DNA of 64,000 bases, from assembly GCA_043803945.1 (NCBI GenBank), contig JAZDJN010000087.1, forward strand, positions 32,001 through 96,000. The letters are read 5' to 3'. Positions 34,755 to 43,481 of this stretch are shown one piece after another. The DNA is from a bacterium. GTDB taxonomy: Bacteria > Bacteroidota > Ignavibacteria > UBA10030. Position 1 is the first letter of the stretch. The number at the start of each line of letters is the position of its first letter. The position numbers and the translations under genes are program-made. A model generated the notes under the pieces. It searched no databases. It was given only the letters and a program-made list of their open reading frames with translations, and was not told the origin of the DNA.

Positions 34755-35765
34755 TCACTTAATCTTTATGGAAGCAACTACCTTTTCAAAGGCAGGCAGG
34801 TAGTTGTTCTTCTTTTCAGAGAAGAAATTTAGGATAACCCTGTAAAATTTGTCGTTTTTAACCACAAAATAGACGCGGCTATCGACACCCTTTACTGAAG
34901 AATAATTGATATAGAGCGCTTTCTGGCCATCAATGGTTGTTTCCCCCTTCGAAGTCGCCTTGAAGGATTTTGAATTCTGTTCGAAGAGTTTGTCTACTGT
35001 TAATTTTTGGGCCTCTCGAACATCAATCTGGATATAGGTATCAACCCTGTACCCCACGATTTGCATAGCAAATTTGACATCCTTTTTTGCTTCCGGCAGT
35101 TTCAGGGAGTAGTTATCCGGATGGATTAACTCGAGAAAGTCATTCGACATCTTAACAAAATCGGGTGAGGGCAATGACGGATCGGCAATTTCTGCTGCAG
35201 TCTTCGGGCGCGGCAGCTTTGCCGACGCGATGAAGCTGTCGAGCACGGCTTTGTGTGCCGCAAAATACTCGTTGAAGCCGGAATAGGTCGCCGTATACAG
35301 AACTGAATCTTTCACAGCAAAGAGACGAACTGCGGCAAACTTTGTTTTTGCATCGTAGGCTCCATTGTACGATACTTTGGATGCGGGAACATCTTCCAAC
35401 GTCGTCTGTTCAACAGCATCGACGGTATAATTTTCTCCCTTCAGGTCTTTCTGGCAATCCTGAGCCATCTTTTCAACTGTATCGACAGTGTCAAGACGAT
35501 TATAGGAGATTGTCAGTTGACTGCCATCAGGGTTGCCCGAGGTCGGATCGAAAAACTTTTGTACGGATGCTTCAGAGGATGTAATCGTCACCTTGGCTCC
35601 GTCCGAGGTCACTTTCCAATCCTTCGGATAAGTAAATTGTACCTTGAAGTATGGATCCTGGTATTTACTCCAGGCCAGGATTGGTTCAGGCGCGGTTTTC
35701 TGACTGCACCCCGCCAGAATGCCAAGAGCGAGCATGAACACCCCGAGAATTTTATAGTTCATCAT
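34755..35765 (-). CDS. Lipoprotein with two PsbP/Mog1-like domains
   Basis: LAG-C lipobox; FTYPKDW...TTLEDVPA and LIHPDNY...TTIDGQKA repeated modules, each ending F/L--[FV]-AS--[LI]. The ATG at 35765 follows AAGGAG. Confidence 0.75.
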   Translation of the reverse strand: MMNYKILGVFMLALGILAGCSQKTAPEPILAWSKYQDPYFKVQFTYPKDWKVTSDGAKVTITSSEASVQKFFDPTSGNPDGSQLTISYNRLDTVDTVEKMAQDCQKDLKGENYTVDAVEQTTLEDVPASKVSYNGAYDAKTKFAAVRLFAVKDSVLYTATYSGFNEYFAAHKAVLDSFIASAKLPRPKTAAEIADPSLPSPDFVKMSNDFLELIHPDNYSLKLPEAKKDVKFAMQIVGYRVDTYIQIDVREAQKLTVDKLFEQNSKSFKATSKGETTIDGQKALYINYSSVKGVDSRVYFVVKNDKFYRVILNFFSEKKNNYLPAFEKVVASIKIK

Positions 35766-35807
35766 GACTCCTTTCATGAGTAGAGATCTACAGTGAGTAA
35801 GGGAAGT

Positions 35808-35933
35808 TTAGAAGTAACTAATCAGCAGATAGATAGCGACAAAGACAAGAACCGCTGTCATGAGGCCAATAAAAACATAAAATCCGGTAACAGGATTATC
35901 GCCCGATATCGCTTTCACTTTTTCTTCAGCCAT
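35808..35933 (-). CDS. 41-aa single-pass membrane microprotein (below the ORF-track cutoff)
   Basis: MAEEKVKAISGDNPVTGFYVFIGLMTAVLVFVAIYLLISYF*, with an AAGGA RBS; it fills the gap between two operon genes. Confidence 0.65.
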   Translation of the reverse strand: MAEEKVKAISGDNPVTGFYVFIGLMTAVLVFVAIYLLISYF

Positions 35934-35959
35934 GGTTTACATCCTTTCTTCAACCCGGT

Positions 35960-37657
35960 TTATCTAAAGAGATCTAAGAGTTCGATTGCTTTTTTATAAT
36001 CGGCGTTATTGGGATCAAGCTTGGAAGCTTTTTCATACGCTTGCCTTGCATCGTCCTTTTTTCCGAGACCTTGATAAGCACCGCCAAGGAAATACCAAAT
36101 TTGTGCGTTATTGCCATCCAGCTTCAACGCTTTCTGAAAATTATCAATTGCTGGTTCATAGCGTTTATCAGATAAATAACTAATCCCGATGGTATTATAA
36201 GCATTGAGGTACGTTTTCTTTTCATACTTTGTGGAAGATCCCTTTGTCAACTGCAGAAACTTTTGATAGGCCTCTGAGGCCTGTTTGAGTGAATCCACCT
36301 TCTCCTTTGTTTGAAAGCTTAGGTAGGTTTGCGCCAGGGAGAGATACACGCGCTCATTATTATTGTCAATGGTAATTAATTCTATCAATGCTTTTCGTGC
36401 TAAATCCCACCGCTTTAATTGGAGATTACACGAGGCATAATTTTGCATTGCAATGGCTGCCGATTTTGAGGTGTCACCTCGAAACCGTTTTTCAAACATC
36501 TCCGCCGCTTTTTCCCATTGCTCAGATTTCATATATATATACCCAAGCTGAGAGTAAAAATCTTTTTGCGTCGGGTCGAACTTTACAGCTTCTTCAATCT
36601 CTGCAAGCATTTCGGCTTGTTTCTTTGTTTCGCTGTATGCTTCAATTAAACGTTTGTAGTCATCAATAGTAAACTTATCGACTTTTTTGAGCTGCAGCGA
36701 CCACTCGATCACTTTCTCATATTTCTTTGCATTGCTGTTAAACGCAATAGCCATTTTCAACGCACGAACATTTTTAGGGTCTGTTTGTAATACTCGTTCT
36801 GCTGCTTTCGCTGCTTCCGAATAGTTCTTCGTGCGATAGTTACTTTCCATAAACATCATCCACACTTCTTCAACCTTTGAATCTTTTGGCCATCGATCAA
36901 GATATGACTTCAGGTAGGGTAATGTTTGGGGATACATACTGTTCTGGAACAGAATCTTAGAAATTTTAAAATTAATTTCCTGATTATCCGGATTAAGATC
37001 GAGGACTTTCTTAAAAACCCGTACTGCTTCTGTCCCTTTCCGCTCCTTAAGATAGGCCCATCCTAACTTCTCGGCGAGCAACTCATTCTTTGGATCGAAT
37101 TCAAATGCTTTTTCATATTGAGGAATGGCATACGCAAGCACACCCATTTTCTGATAGGCATCACCAAGACCCTGGAAGACCTCTGAAGAGTTGGGATTCA
37201 TATCCTTCGCCTGGGTATAGACGACAACGGCACGGTCCACCGAATCCATCAGCATTAACACACTGGCAAGTTTCAACCGCAGCAGAAAGCTCCCTTTTTT
37301 GATTTTCAATCCTGAGATGAGGCTTTGGTGCGCCCCTTTGAAGTCTTTCAACGCAAGGTAGGCATTGGCCAGAGCGAGGTGCGATTCTTCACTTTCATCG
37401 TCGATGTCAATTGCCTTTTGTGCCGTAACCATGGCAGAATCATGCTTGCCCAGGATATTATAAGCCTGCGACAGGCCTTGCCATGCTTCGGCATTTTTCG
37501 GATTCGTCTGCAGAATCTGGAGAAAGAAGGGAATTGCTTCCTTTGGCTTTCCCTGTTTCAGTGCCTCTTTTCCTTTTTCCAACTGCGCTTGTGCCAATAC
37601 CATGGAGACACTCAACGCGGCCAGCAGAAGTGCAATCGCTAGTAGTTTCGTTCTCAT
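35960..37657 (-). CDS. Exported tetratricopeptide-repeat protein
   Basis: Signal peptide and many TPR units (AEAWQGLSQAY, AYAIPQYEKAFEFDP, AQIWYFLGGAY...LDPNN). Confidence 0.9.
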   Translation of the reverse strand: MRTKLLAIALLLAALSVSMVLAQAQLEKGKEALKQGKPKEAIPFFLQILQTNPKNAEAWQGLSQAYNILGKHDSAMVTAQKAIDIDDESEESHLALANAYLALKDFKGAHQSLISGLKIKKGSFLLRLKLASVLMLMDSVDRAVVVYTQAKDMNPNSSEVFQGLGDAYQKMGVLAYAIPQYEKAFEFDPKNELLAEKLGWAYLKERKGTEAVRVFKKVLDLNPDNQEINFKISKILFQNSMYPQTLPYLKSYLDRWPKDSKVEEVWMMFMESNYRTKNYSEAAKAAERVLQTDPKNVRALKMAIAFNSNAKKYEKVIEWSLQLKKVDKFTIDDYKRLIEAYSETKKQAEMLAEIEEAVKFDPTQKDFYSQLGYIYMKSEQWEKAAEMFEKRFRGDTSKSAAIAMQNYASCNLQLKRWDLARKALIELITIDNNNERVYLSLAQTYLSFQTKEKVDSLKQASEAYQKFLQLTKGSSTKYEKKTYLNAYNTIGISYLSDKRYEPAIDNFQKALKLDGNNAQIWYFLGGAYQGLGKKDDARQAYEKASKLDPNNADYKKAIELLDLFR

Positions 37658-37663
37658 CAGTCA

Positions 37664-38593
37664 TTACTCCGATATTAATAGAACTTCTCGTTTAGGAATT
37701 TCCCGTGGAACAAGTCCGGCATCTTGCAGAATCTTTTGTCCGTTGAATTTCAGCATGAAATCCGCAAATCCGGTTGCCACCGCCGATCTTCTTTCCCGCG
37801 TATAGATATACAGCGTATAGCGAAACGGATAACGAGCATCATACACCGTTTCTTGTGTTAAGCGAACATTCTGCACAACCTTCTGTGAATCAACCGTCGT
37901 GAAGTCGAGAACCCGGACATACTGCCGGAGGCCTTGCACTTTATTCTGTGTCGTGTCCTTTAAAAAGGCATTCGAGACGATTCCGATGGCATTCTGTTGC
38001 GCTGCAACGTAACGCATCACATCAAGCTGGATTCCCATCGGAGCCTTAAGGGGCAATGCACCTACTGAGGAAAAATATTCCTGCTGCAGATGATCGTAGA
38101 GCCCGGTATTCGCTCCGGTTGTACTTGTTTCAATCGGTCCGGTCAGCCTCGAACCGCTAATCGCCCGCCAGTCTGTGATGACACCGGTGAACATGTCTCT
38201 GCATTGATCGAGCGAAGTTCTCCGCATCCCATTCTGCAGATTCACAATCACGGCAAACGCATCGAACCCAAGAATCCCAAGAAGAACGGGAGGTTCCGAT
38301 TGAGCGATGAATTTCCTTTCTTCCTCATTCATCCTTCTGTCGATGATGATCGACCGAACCGTGCCATTCGCCATCTCAACAATTGCCTGACGTGTGGACA
38401 CTCCCTCAACCATTATGACTGCTTCAGGATATAAGCGCTGGTAGAGTTCAGCCCCTCGTGCTGCAACGACCAGGAGCGGCTCGGAGGCTAAAACCTTCAG
38501 CGTTCCCTTTCGTGTGGTCTCTTCCGGCTCTTTATGGGTATTGCACGAACTGAGCACGAGAGCCAGAATCATGGCGAGCACTCCGTGCTTCAT
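37664..38593 (-). CDS. PstS-like substrate-binding lipoprotein
   Basis: LSS-C lipobox; DAFAVIVN, FTGVITDW, NAIGIVS, YPFRYTLYIY and GQKILQDAGLVP motifs of the PBP2 phosphate-like fold. Confidence 0.85.
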   Translation of the reverse strand: MKHGVLAMILALVLSSCNTHKEPEETTRKGTLKVLASEPLLVVAARGAELYQRLYPEAVIMVEGVSTRQAIVEMANGTVRSIIIDRRMNEEERKFIAQSEPPVLLGILGFDAFAVIVNLQNGMRRTSLDQCRDMFTGVITDWRAISGSRLTGPIETSTTGANTGLYDHLQQEYFSSVGALPLKAPMGIQLDVMRYVAAQQNAIGIVSNAFLKDTTQNKVQGLRQYVRVLDFTTVDSQKVVQNVRLTQETVYDARYPFRYTLYIYTRERRSAVATGFADFMLKFNGQKILQDAGLVPREIPKREVLLISE

Positions 38594-38814
38594 TGTTCTT
38601 GCTCTTCCTGTTGTTCCTCTTGTTCAGCAGCCCTCCGCTGACGCCAGCGTGTCATAAACAATCTGTAGACTCCCCACACCATGAGCACCCCGCCGAACAT
38701 ATACCGGTAATTCGGTTCCATCCGTTCTATGGTGATGATGTTAATGATCAACAACATGCCGAGTAAACAGAAAATGGCGGCGAAACTATAACCAATGACT
38801 GACGAAGCGTTCAT
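38590..38814 (-). CDS. Small two-TM membrane protein
   Basis: 74 aa with two hydrophobic helices, WGVYR and an acidic tail; AGGAGG RBS; ATGA overlap with the next gene. Confidence 0.75.
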   Translation of the reverse strand: MNASSVIGYSFAAIFCLLGMLLIINIITIERMEPNYRYMFGGVLMVWGVYRLFMTRWRQRRAAEQEEQQEEQEQ

Positions 38815-38935
38815 GACTTCTGCCTCCTTGCCTCTGAAAAACAGCGAAAGGGTCAGAATGGTATTCGTTTCATTCTTCCGTCGCCGCAGGATCTCTTACC
38901 GGAAGAAACACTCATTCTCACCCTTTCACAGGTGT

Positions 38936-39676
38936 TTATTTTCCAGTCAGGCGAAACTTAAAGGGTATCGTTACCCACACTGCCACCGGACCATTCTTCA
39001 TCATCGCCGGAGTGAACGCATACTGCATAGCAGCTTCCACCGACGGTTCGTTGAATATCTCTGCATCGCTTTTCAGAACCGACGCCCTCTTTGGTTTCCC
39101 TTCTTTATCGACCCAGATCTTGACGTGAACAGTACCTTCAAGACCTGCGCGCATTGCAAGCTCAGGGTATTTTGGCTTCACTTCTTTCACGATTTCAGGA
39201 TTCTTTTCCACCGGTACAAAATCCGGGGGCGGTTCGTTGTCATCGAGCTTGATATCCACATCGCCTTTTTCAATCTCAACACCCTTGCCATCGCCCTGGT
39301 CGATCACCGGAGCAGTTTCCTGGTTCATCTCAGTTTGCGTTGCGAAAACCTGCTCGGGGCTCACTTCGGCATCAGGAACCGGAACAGGAATACCGATGCT
39401 TGGTTTCACCGCGGCAGAAGGCGCTGCAACCTGAGGTGCCATCGCTGTATTGGTAATCGAGGGGGGCGGACCTAAATCCTTCAGCTTCAGTCTAGGGCGA
39501 ATCATGATCGTCGGCTCTTCCTCTCCGGCAAACAGGTCGGGGGCATAATACGCAAAGATACCCAGCCCATGGAACAACGCAGAGATGGTGAGAGCGTAGG
39601 TAAGATACCGTTTATAAATCTTCTTCAGTTCTACGTAGCCGTAATCGACTTTTCTGTCAATAATTAAGACTTCCAT
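38936..39676 (-). CDS. tonB: Energy transducer TonB
   Basis: TM helix with SALFH, Pro-rich linker, and TonB_C domain PKYPELAMRAGLEGTVHVKIWVDKEG...FTPA...VTIPFKF. Confidence 0.92.
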   Translation of the reverse strand: MEVLIIDRKVDYGYVELKKIYKRYLTYALTISALFHGLGIFAYYAPDLFAGEEEPTIMIRPRLKLKDLGPPPSITNTAMAPQVAAPSAAVKPSIGIPVPVPDAEVSPEQVFATQTEMNQETAPVIDQGDGKGVEIEKGDVDIKLDDNEPPPDFVPVEKNPEIVKEVKPKYPELAMRAGLEGTVHVKIWVDKEGKPKRASVLKSDAEIFNEPSVEAAMQYAFTPAMMKNGPVAVWVTIPFKFRLTGK

Positions 39677-39739
39677 TATAATCTCCTTTCCTAATTCGTT
39701 GTCCTCGCGGTATTCTCTAGAGCGAGAATATTCAATCTA

Positions 39740-40243
39740 TTAGGAGGTTTTTGCTTTTTCCATATAGCGTTTATCGGCATCTGTCATCCGGCCTGGGCTG
39801 ATGCGTGCAATGCCGGCATTTTTAATTTCATCATAGATGTCCATAAACATTTTATATGTTCCATCCCGATCGATCTTAAAGAGAACGACAAGGTTCGGGA
39901 CACTTTGCTTTTTGTCGGCGAGAAGTTTGTTGAGATCCTTTTGTTCAATGATTGTCGGAGTTTCAGAGCCCATTGCCCAGAAGATCTTTCCGATAGGATC
40001 AACGCGTAATATGAGGAGGCTCGATTCTCCAACCTCGACTTGAGTTTTCTCATCCGGAGGCAAATTAATCTCGATCACTTGCGGCTGACTGAAATAGGTT
40101 GTCAGCATAAAGAACGTCAGGAGAAGAAATGCAACGTCCACCATTGGCGTCATATCGATGCGTATTGATAGTCGTCTTTTTTTCTTTTTCTTGGACCCTT
40201 TTTTACCTTTTTCCTTTTTTTCCGGGGAATCAACTGCGCCCAT
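39740..40243 (-). CDS. exbD: ExbD/TolR-family protein
   Basis: IDMTPMVDVAFLLLTFFMLTT. Confidence 0.92.
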   Translation of the reverse strand: MGAVDSPEKKEKGKKGSKKKKKRRLSIRIDMTPMVDVAFLLLTFFMLTTYFSQPQVIEINLPPDEKTQVEVGESSLLILRVDPIGKIFWAMGSETPTIIEQKDLNKLLADKKQSVPNLVVLFKIDRDGTYKMFMDIYDEIKNAGIARISPGRMTDADKRYMEKAKTS

Positions 40244-40255
40244 AGTTCATCTCCA

Positions 40256-40723
40256 TTAACTTTTTTCTACTTCAGTGACAAAACTGAATCGTGTGATATT
40301 GAGTTGTTGAAGAATGCGCATAACATCTTCAACTTTGGCATAGGGAGCGCCCTTGTCGCCCTTGATCACTGTGCGGAGCTTAATATTGGATACGCGTGCG
40401 TTTTGAATGATATCCGGTAATTCTTTGATATCCGAAATGGGCTCACCTTTTCTCAATCTGGCTGCCTCGCCAAAAATTTTAACCCGGTCTCGCTGCGAAT
40501 CCAACCCGACAAAGAGATCACCGTTTTTTCCGACCGTAATGGTCATAACGTTCGTTTCCGGCAGGACAACATCTGCATGGGCTTCAGGCATCTCGATCTG
40601 GACAATTTCAGGTGGACGAAACGATGTCGTCATCATAAAAAAGGTCAGCAACAACATCGCCACATCGACCATCGGTGTCATGTCGATCTTAACACTCAGG
40701 CGTTTCTTTTTTAATTTCGCCAT
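40256..40723 (-). CDS. exbD: ExbD/TolR-family protein
   Basis: IDMTPMVDVAMLLLTFFMMTT and IKGDKGAPY. Confidence 0.92.
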   Translation of the reverse strand: MAKLKKKRLSVKIDMTPMVDVAMLLLTFFMMTTSFRPPEIVQIEMPEAHADVVLPETNVMTITVGKNGDLFVGLDSQRDRVKIFGEAARLRKGEPISDIKELPDIIQNARVSNIKLRTVIKGDKGAPYAKVEDVMRILQQLNITRFSFVTEVEKS

Positions 40724-40741
40724 GGAAAATGACCTCCGCTG

Positions 40742-41476
40742 TTACTTGGATTTCTTGACTTCTTTCGTTGCCAAGGTTTGGATAATGGAATAGCTCGCCT
40801 CATCGATCATATAGGTGAAATTATCGACCTTTGTCGTGAAAAAGTTGTAAGCGAGGATACCGAGAATAGCCGCAATGAGTCCACCGGCAGTGTTGATCAA
40901 TGCTTCGGAAATTCCAAGAGCGAGTTGGATAGGATCAGCGCTGCCGCCTTTCGCCATTGCGCCAAACGATCTGATCATTCCAATAACGGTTCCAAGCAAT
41001 CCCCACATGGTTGCAATCGAAGCGATGGTCGAAAGTGCAACCAGGTTCTTTTCCAGCAAGGGTACTTCAAGCATCATGGCTTCGTCAATGGCATGCTGAA
41101 TTTCTTCCATCACGGCCTTTTGGTCTTTCGCTCCCTCGGTGAGGACGATCTTATAGCGATCGAGTCCAGTGCGGATGACGTTAGCGCAGGAACCGCGTTG
41201 TTTATCACAGGCAGCAATTGCCGCGTCGATGTTGCTCTTGTTAATTTCCATGGTAACGTTCTTCAGGAACACTGCCAGAGAACCGCGTCCCTGGGCTTTC
41301 TTCAGCGAGAAGACACGCTCAACGATGAATGTCGCAACCATAATGGTCATCGCGATCAATCCGATGACGAGGGGTCCGCCCTCTTTGATAAACGTCGGCA
41401 TGAAATATTCAAAAATCACCCACGAGATAATCAGTGCAATAACCAGCACGCTCGAGATAAATACAGACTGCTTCAT
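40742..41476 (-). CDS. exbB: MotA/TolQ/ExbB proton channel protein
   Basis: LSTIASIATMWGLLGTVIGMIRSF and GISEALINTAGGL. Confidence 0.94.
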   Translation of the reverse strand: MKQSVFISSVLVIALIISWVIFEYFMPTFIKEGGPLVIGLIAMTIMVATFIVERVFSLKKAQGRGSLAVFLKNVTMEINKSNIDAAIAACDKQRGSCANVIRTGLDRYKIVLTEGAKDQKAVMEEIQHAIDEAMMLEVPLLEKNLVALSTIASIATMWGLLGTVIGMIRSFGAMAKGGSADPIQLALGISEALINTAGGLIAAILGILAYNFFTTKVDNFTYMIDEASYSIIQTLATKEVKKSK

Positions 41477-41509
41477 GTGTAGATCTCCTTTTGTTGATGG
41501 TATAGAAAA

Positions 41510-41860
41510 TTATTTCTTGCTAAAACTATTGACCGCGTCATCCCGGGATTCTTCAATATCAAAAACGCTGGCAAGACGCGTAATGACGAAGACGTTTTGA
41601 ACACCTTTGCCCATGCGGCACAATTTGATTTTGCCTTCGGCTTTCGTATACATTGTATGAATGCCAACCAGCGCTCCAATCCCCGAACTGTTCACGTAGG
41701 TAACATTCCCTAGATCGAGCACCATTTTTTTATTCCCCTGCTCTATGAGGTCTTTTGCTTTTGCTTTCAGCTCGTCCGTTTCCTCGCCGCCGATCAATGA
41801 CCCACGCGGTTCAAGAACTGCGATCTCGAGGTTGTTTAAGGTTGAGACTTTTGTTGCCAT
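41510..41860 (-). CDS. STAS-domain anti-sigma factor antagonist
   Basis: VLDLGNVTYVNSSGIGALV with the conserved phosphorylatable Ser; AGGAGA RBS. Confidence 0.92.
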   Translation of the reverse strand: MATKVSTLNNLEIAVLEPRGSLIGGEETDELKAKAKDLIEQGNKKMVLDLGNVTYVNSSGIGALVGIHTMYTKAEGKIKLCRMGKGVQNVFVITRLASVFDIEESRDDAVNSFSKK

Positions 41861-41928
41861 AGGTTCTCCTTCCTAGAAATGGCTCTCAAAATAGCTAGCT
41901 TATTAATTTCTTCTGTATTGATATGTAC

Positions 41929-41944
41929 TGCAAGCAATGTGCCA
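41929..41944 (-). promoter_or_regulatory. Sigma54 (-24/-12) promoter
   Basis: Minus strand TGGCACATTGCTTGCA is a consensus TGGCAC-N5-TTGCA with exact GG-N10-GC spacing, 69 nt upstream of the STAS ATG and next to an enhancer-binding protein gene. Confidence 0.85.
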
Positions 41945-42000
41945 TTGTTGTATTGGAAAATGGAAGAAATCAGCATCTCTTTCGCCTGAGAAAAACAACA

Positions 42001-42095
42001 GTGGGGAATTTTTCCTTCGAAAAAATGGCAATTTACGGAAGCGGGCGAAAAAGTGTTCATTTCCAAGGAGTTAGAGCGTGGGGATTAATACCACG
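42001..42095. promoter_or_regulatory. Two candidate upstream activator sequences for the NtrC-type regulator
   Basis: GTGGGGAATTTTTCC (42001-42015) and GTGGGGATTAATACC (42078-42092, within the palindrome CGTGG-N9-CCACG), about 57-150 nt upstream of the -24 box. Confidence 0.45.
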
Positions 42096-42152
42096 TAATT
42101 CTTTGCTGATATCAACTCGGTTGAGACAGGCTTTCTTGAAAAGACAAAGAGA

Positions 42153-43481
42153 TTACAGACCGTATTTCTTTCGCTTGTTGAAGAGTGTTTTTCTATCGAT
42201 GCCAAGGATGCGGGCAGATTCATCCTGATCCTTCGCAATCTGCAGAACTCGTTTGATGTGAAGTTTCTCAATTTCTTCAAGCGAATACGAGTTCATCGTT
42301 TCCTGTGTTGTCGCCCGCATTTCTGCGGGAAGATGGGCGAGTTCCACCAATCCGTTCTGGGCCAGCAAGACAGATCGTTCAATCATATTTTCCAATTCAC
42401 GAACATTGCCGCTCCATCGGTAGGATCGCAGCGCTTTCATTGCATCCGGGGCAATTGCAATGGCAACCTCCTTGGAAAATTTCTGAATAAAATGCTGGAT
42501 GAGCAATGGCATATCGTCGGGGCGTTCGCGTAACGGAGGCAGTTTCAGCCGCACGGCATTCAGGCGATAGAAGAGGTCCTCCCGAAATATTCCCTCCTTC
42601 AGCGCCTCCTCCAGATTCCGGTTAGTTGCTGCAATGATGCGCACATCAACCTTATGGGGAACGCTCTCCCCCACCCGTTCGAATTCTTTGCTCTGAAGCA
42701 CGCGAAGCAGTTTTACCTGGAGCTGCGGACTCAGTTCGGCGATTTCATCAAGGAAGACCGTGCCGCCATCGGCAAGCTCAAATCGTCCCTGCCGATCTTT
42801 GACCGCACCGGTAAATGACCCGCGAATGTGGCCGAAGAGTTCACTTTCCAACAATTGCTCCGGCAGCGCAGCACAATTTACTCGCACGAACGGTTTTTGC
42901 GCTCGAGGACTTTTCTCATGGATGTATTGTGCTACCAACTCTTTGCCTGTTCCACTCTCACCTTCAATGAGAACTGTGATGGTGCTTTCCGCAACCCGAG
43001 CAGCCAGTTCCATTTGGGCAAGCATTTCCCTGTTCCGTGTAATAATTTCATCGGTGCCAAGCGATTCCGTCAATTGCTTCCGTAAACTACTGACCTCTTG
43101 TTTCAGGCAATGGTATTCCCAGGTCTTCTCGGCAAATATCTGGAGCTGCTTATAGTCGAACGGTTTTTGAAGATAATCGTGAGCCCCCTTCCTCACAGCC
43201 TCGATAGCAGTATCGATTGTACCATGGGCCGTTATGATGACAACCGTTGTTTCCGGTGCATAGGTCTTAATCTCCGCCAACACCTCCAGGCCATCGATGG
43301 GAGACATTTTCAGATCGACAAACGCCAGATCGAACTGCATGTGATGAAGCGCCTCCAGTGCCTCCTGCGGCTTGGAAAACAAATGCGTCTGATACCCGAT
43401 GGCGTTCAGGCAAATGCCCATGGTTTTCAGAATATTTTGTTCATCATCGACAATCAGGATCTGTGGAACGGGAGAATTCAT
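42153..43481 (-). CDS. Sigma54-dependent response regulator (NtrC/AtoC/AlgB-like)
   Basis: REC domain; GESGTGKE, ESELFGH-RGSFTGA, FLDEI, FREDLFYRLN and GNVREL motifs; Fis-type HTH (ARILGIDRKTL). Confidence 0.96.
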   Translation of the reverse strand: MNSPVPQILIVDDEQNILKTMGICLNAIGYQTHLFSKPQEALEALHHMQFDLAFVDLKMSPIDGLEVLAEIKTYAPETTVVIITAHGTIDTAIEAVRKGAHDYLQKPFDYKQLQIFAEKTWEYHCLKQEVSSLRKQLTESLGTDEIITRNREMLAQMELAARVAESTITVLIEGESGTGKELVAQYIHEKSPRAQKPFVRVNCAALPEQLLESELFGHIRGSFTGAVKDRQGRFELADGGTVFLDEIAELSPQLQVKLLRVLQSKEFERVGESVPHKVDVRIIAATNRNLEEALKEGIFREDLFYRLNAVRLKLPPLRERPDDMPLLIQHFIQKFSKEVAIAIAPDAMKALRSYRWSGNVRELENMIERSVLLAQNGLVELAHLPAEMRATTQETMNSYSLEEIEKLHIKRVLQIAKDQDESARILGIDRKTLFNKRKKYGL

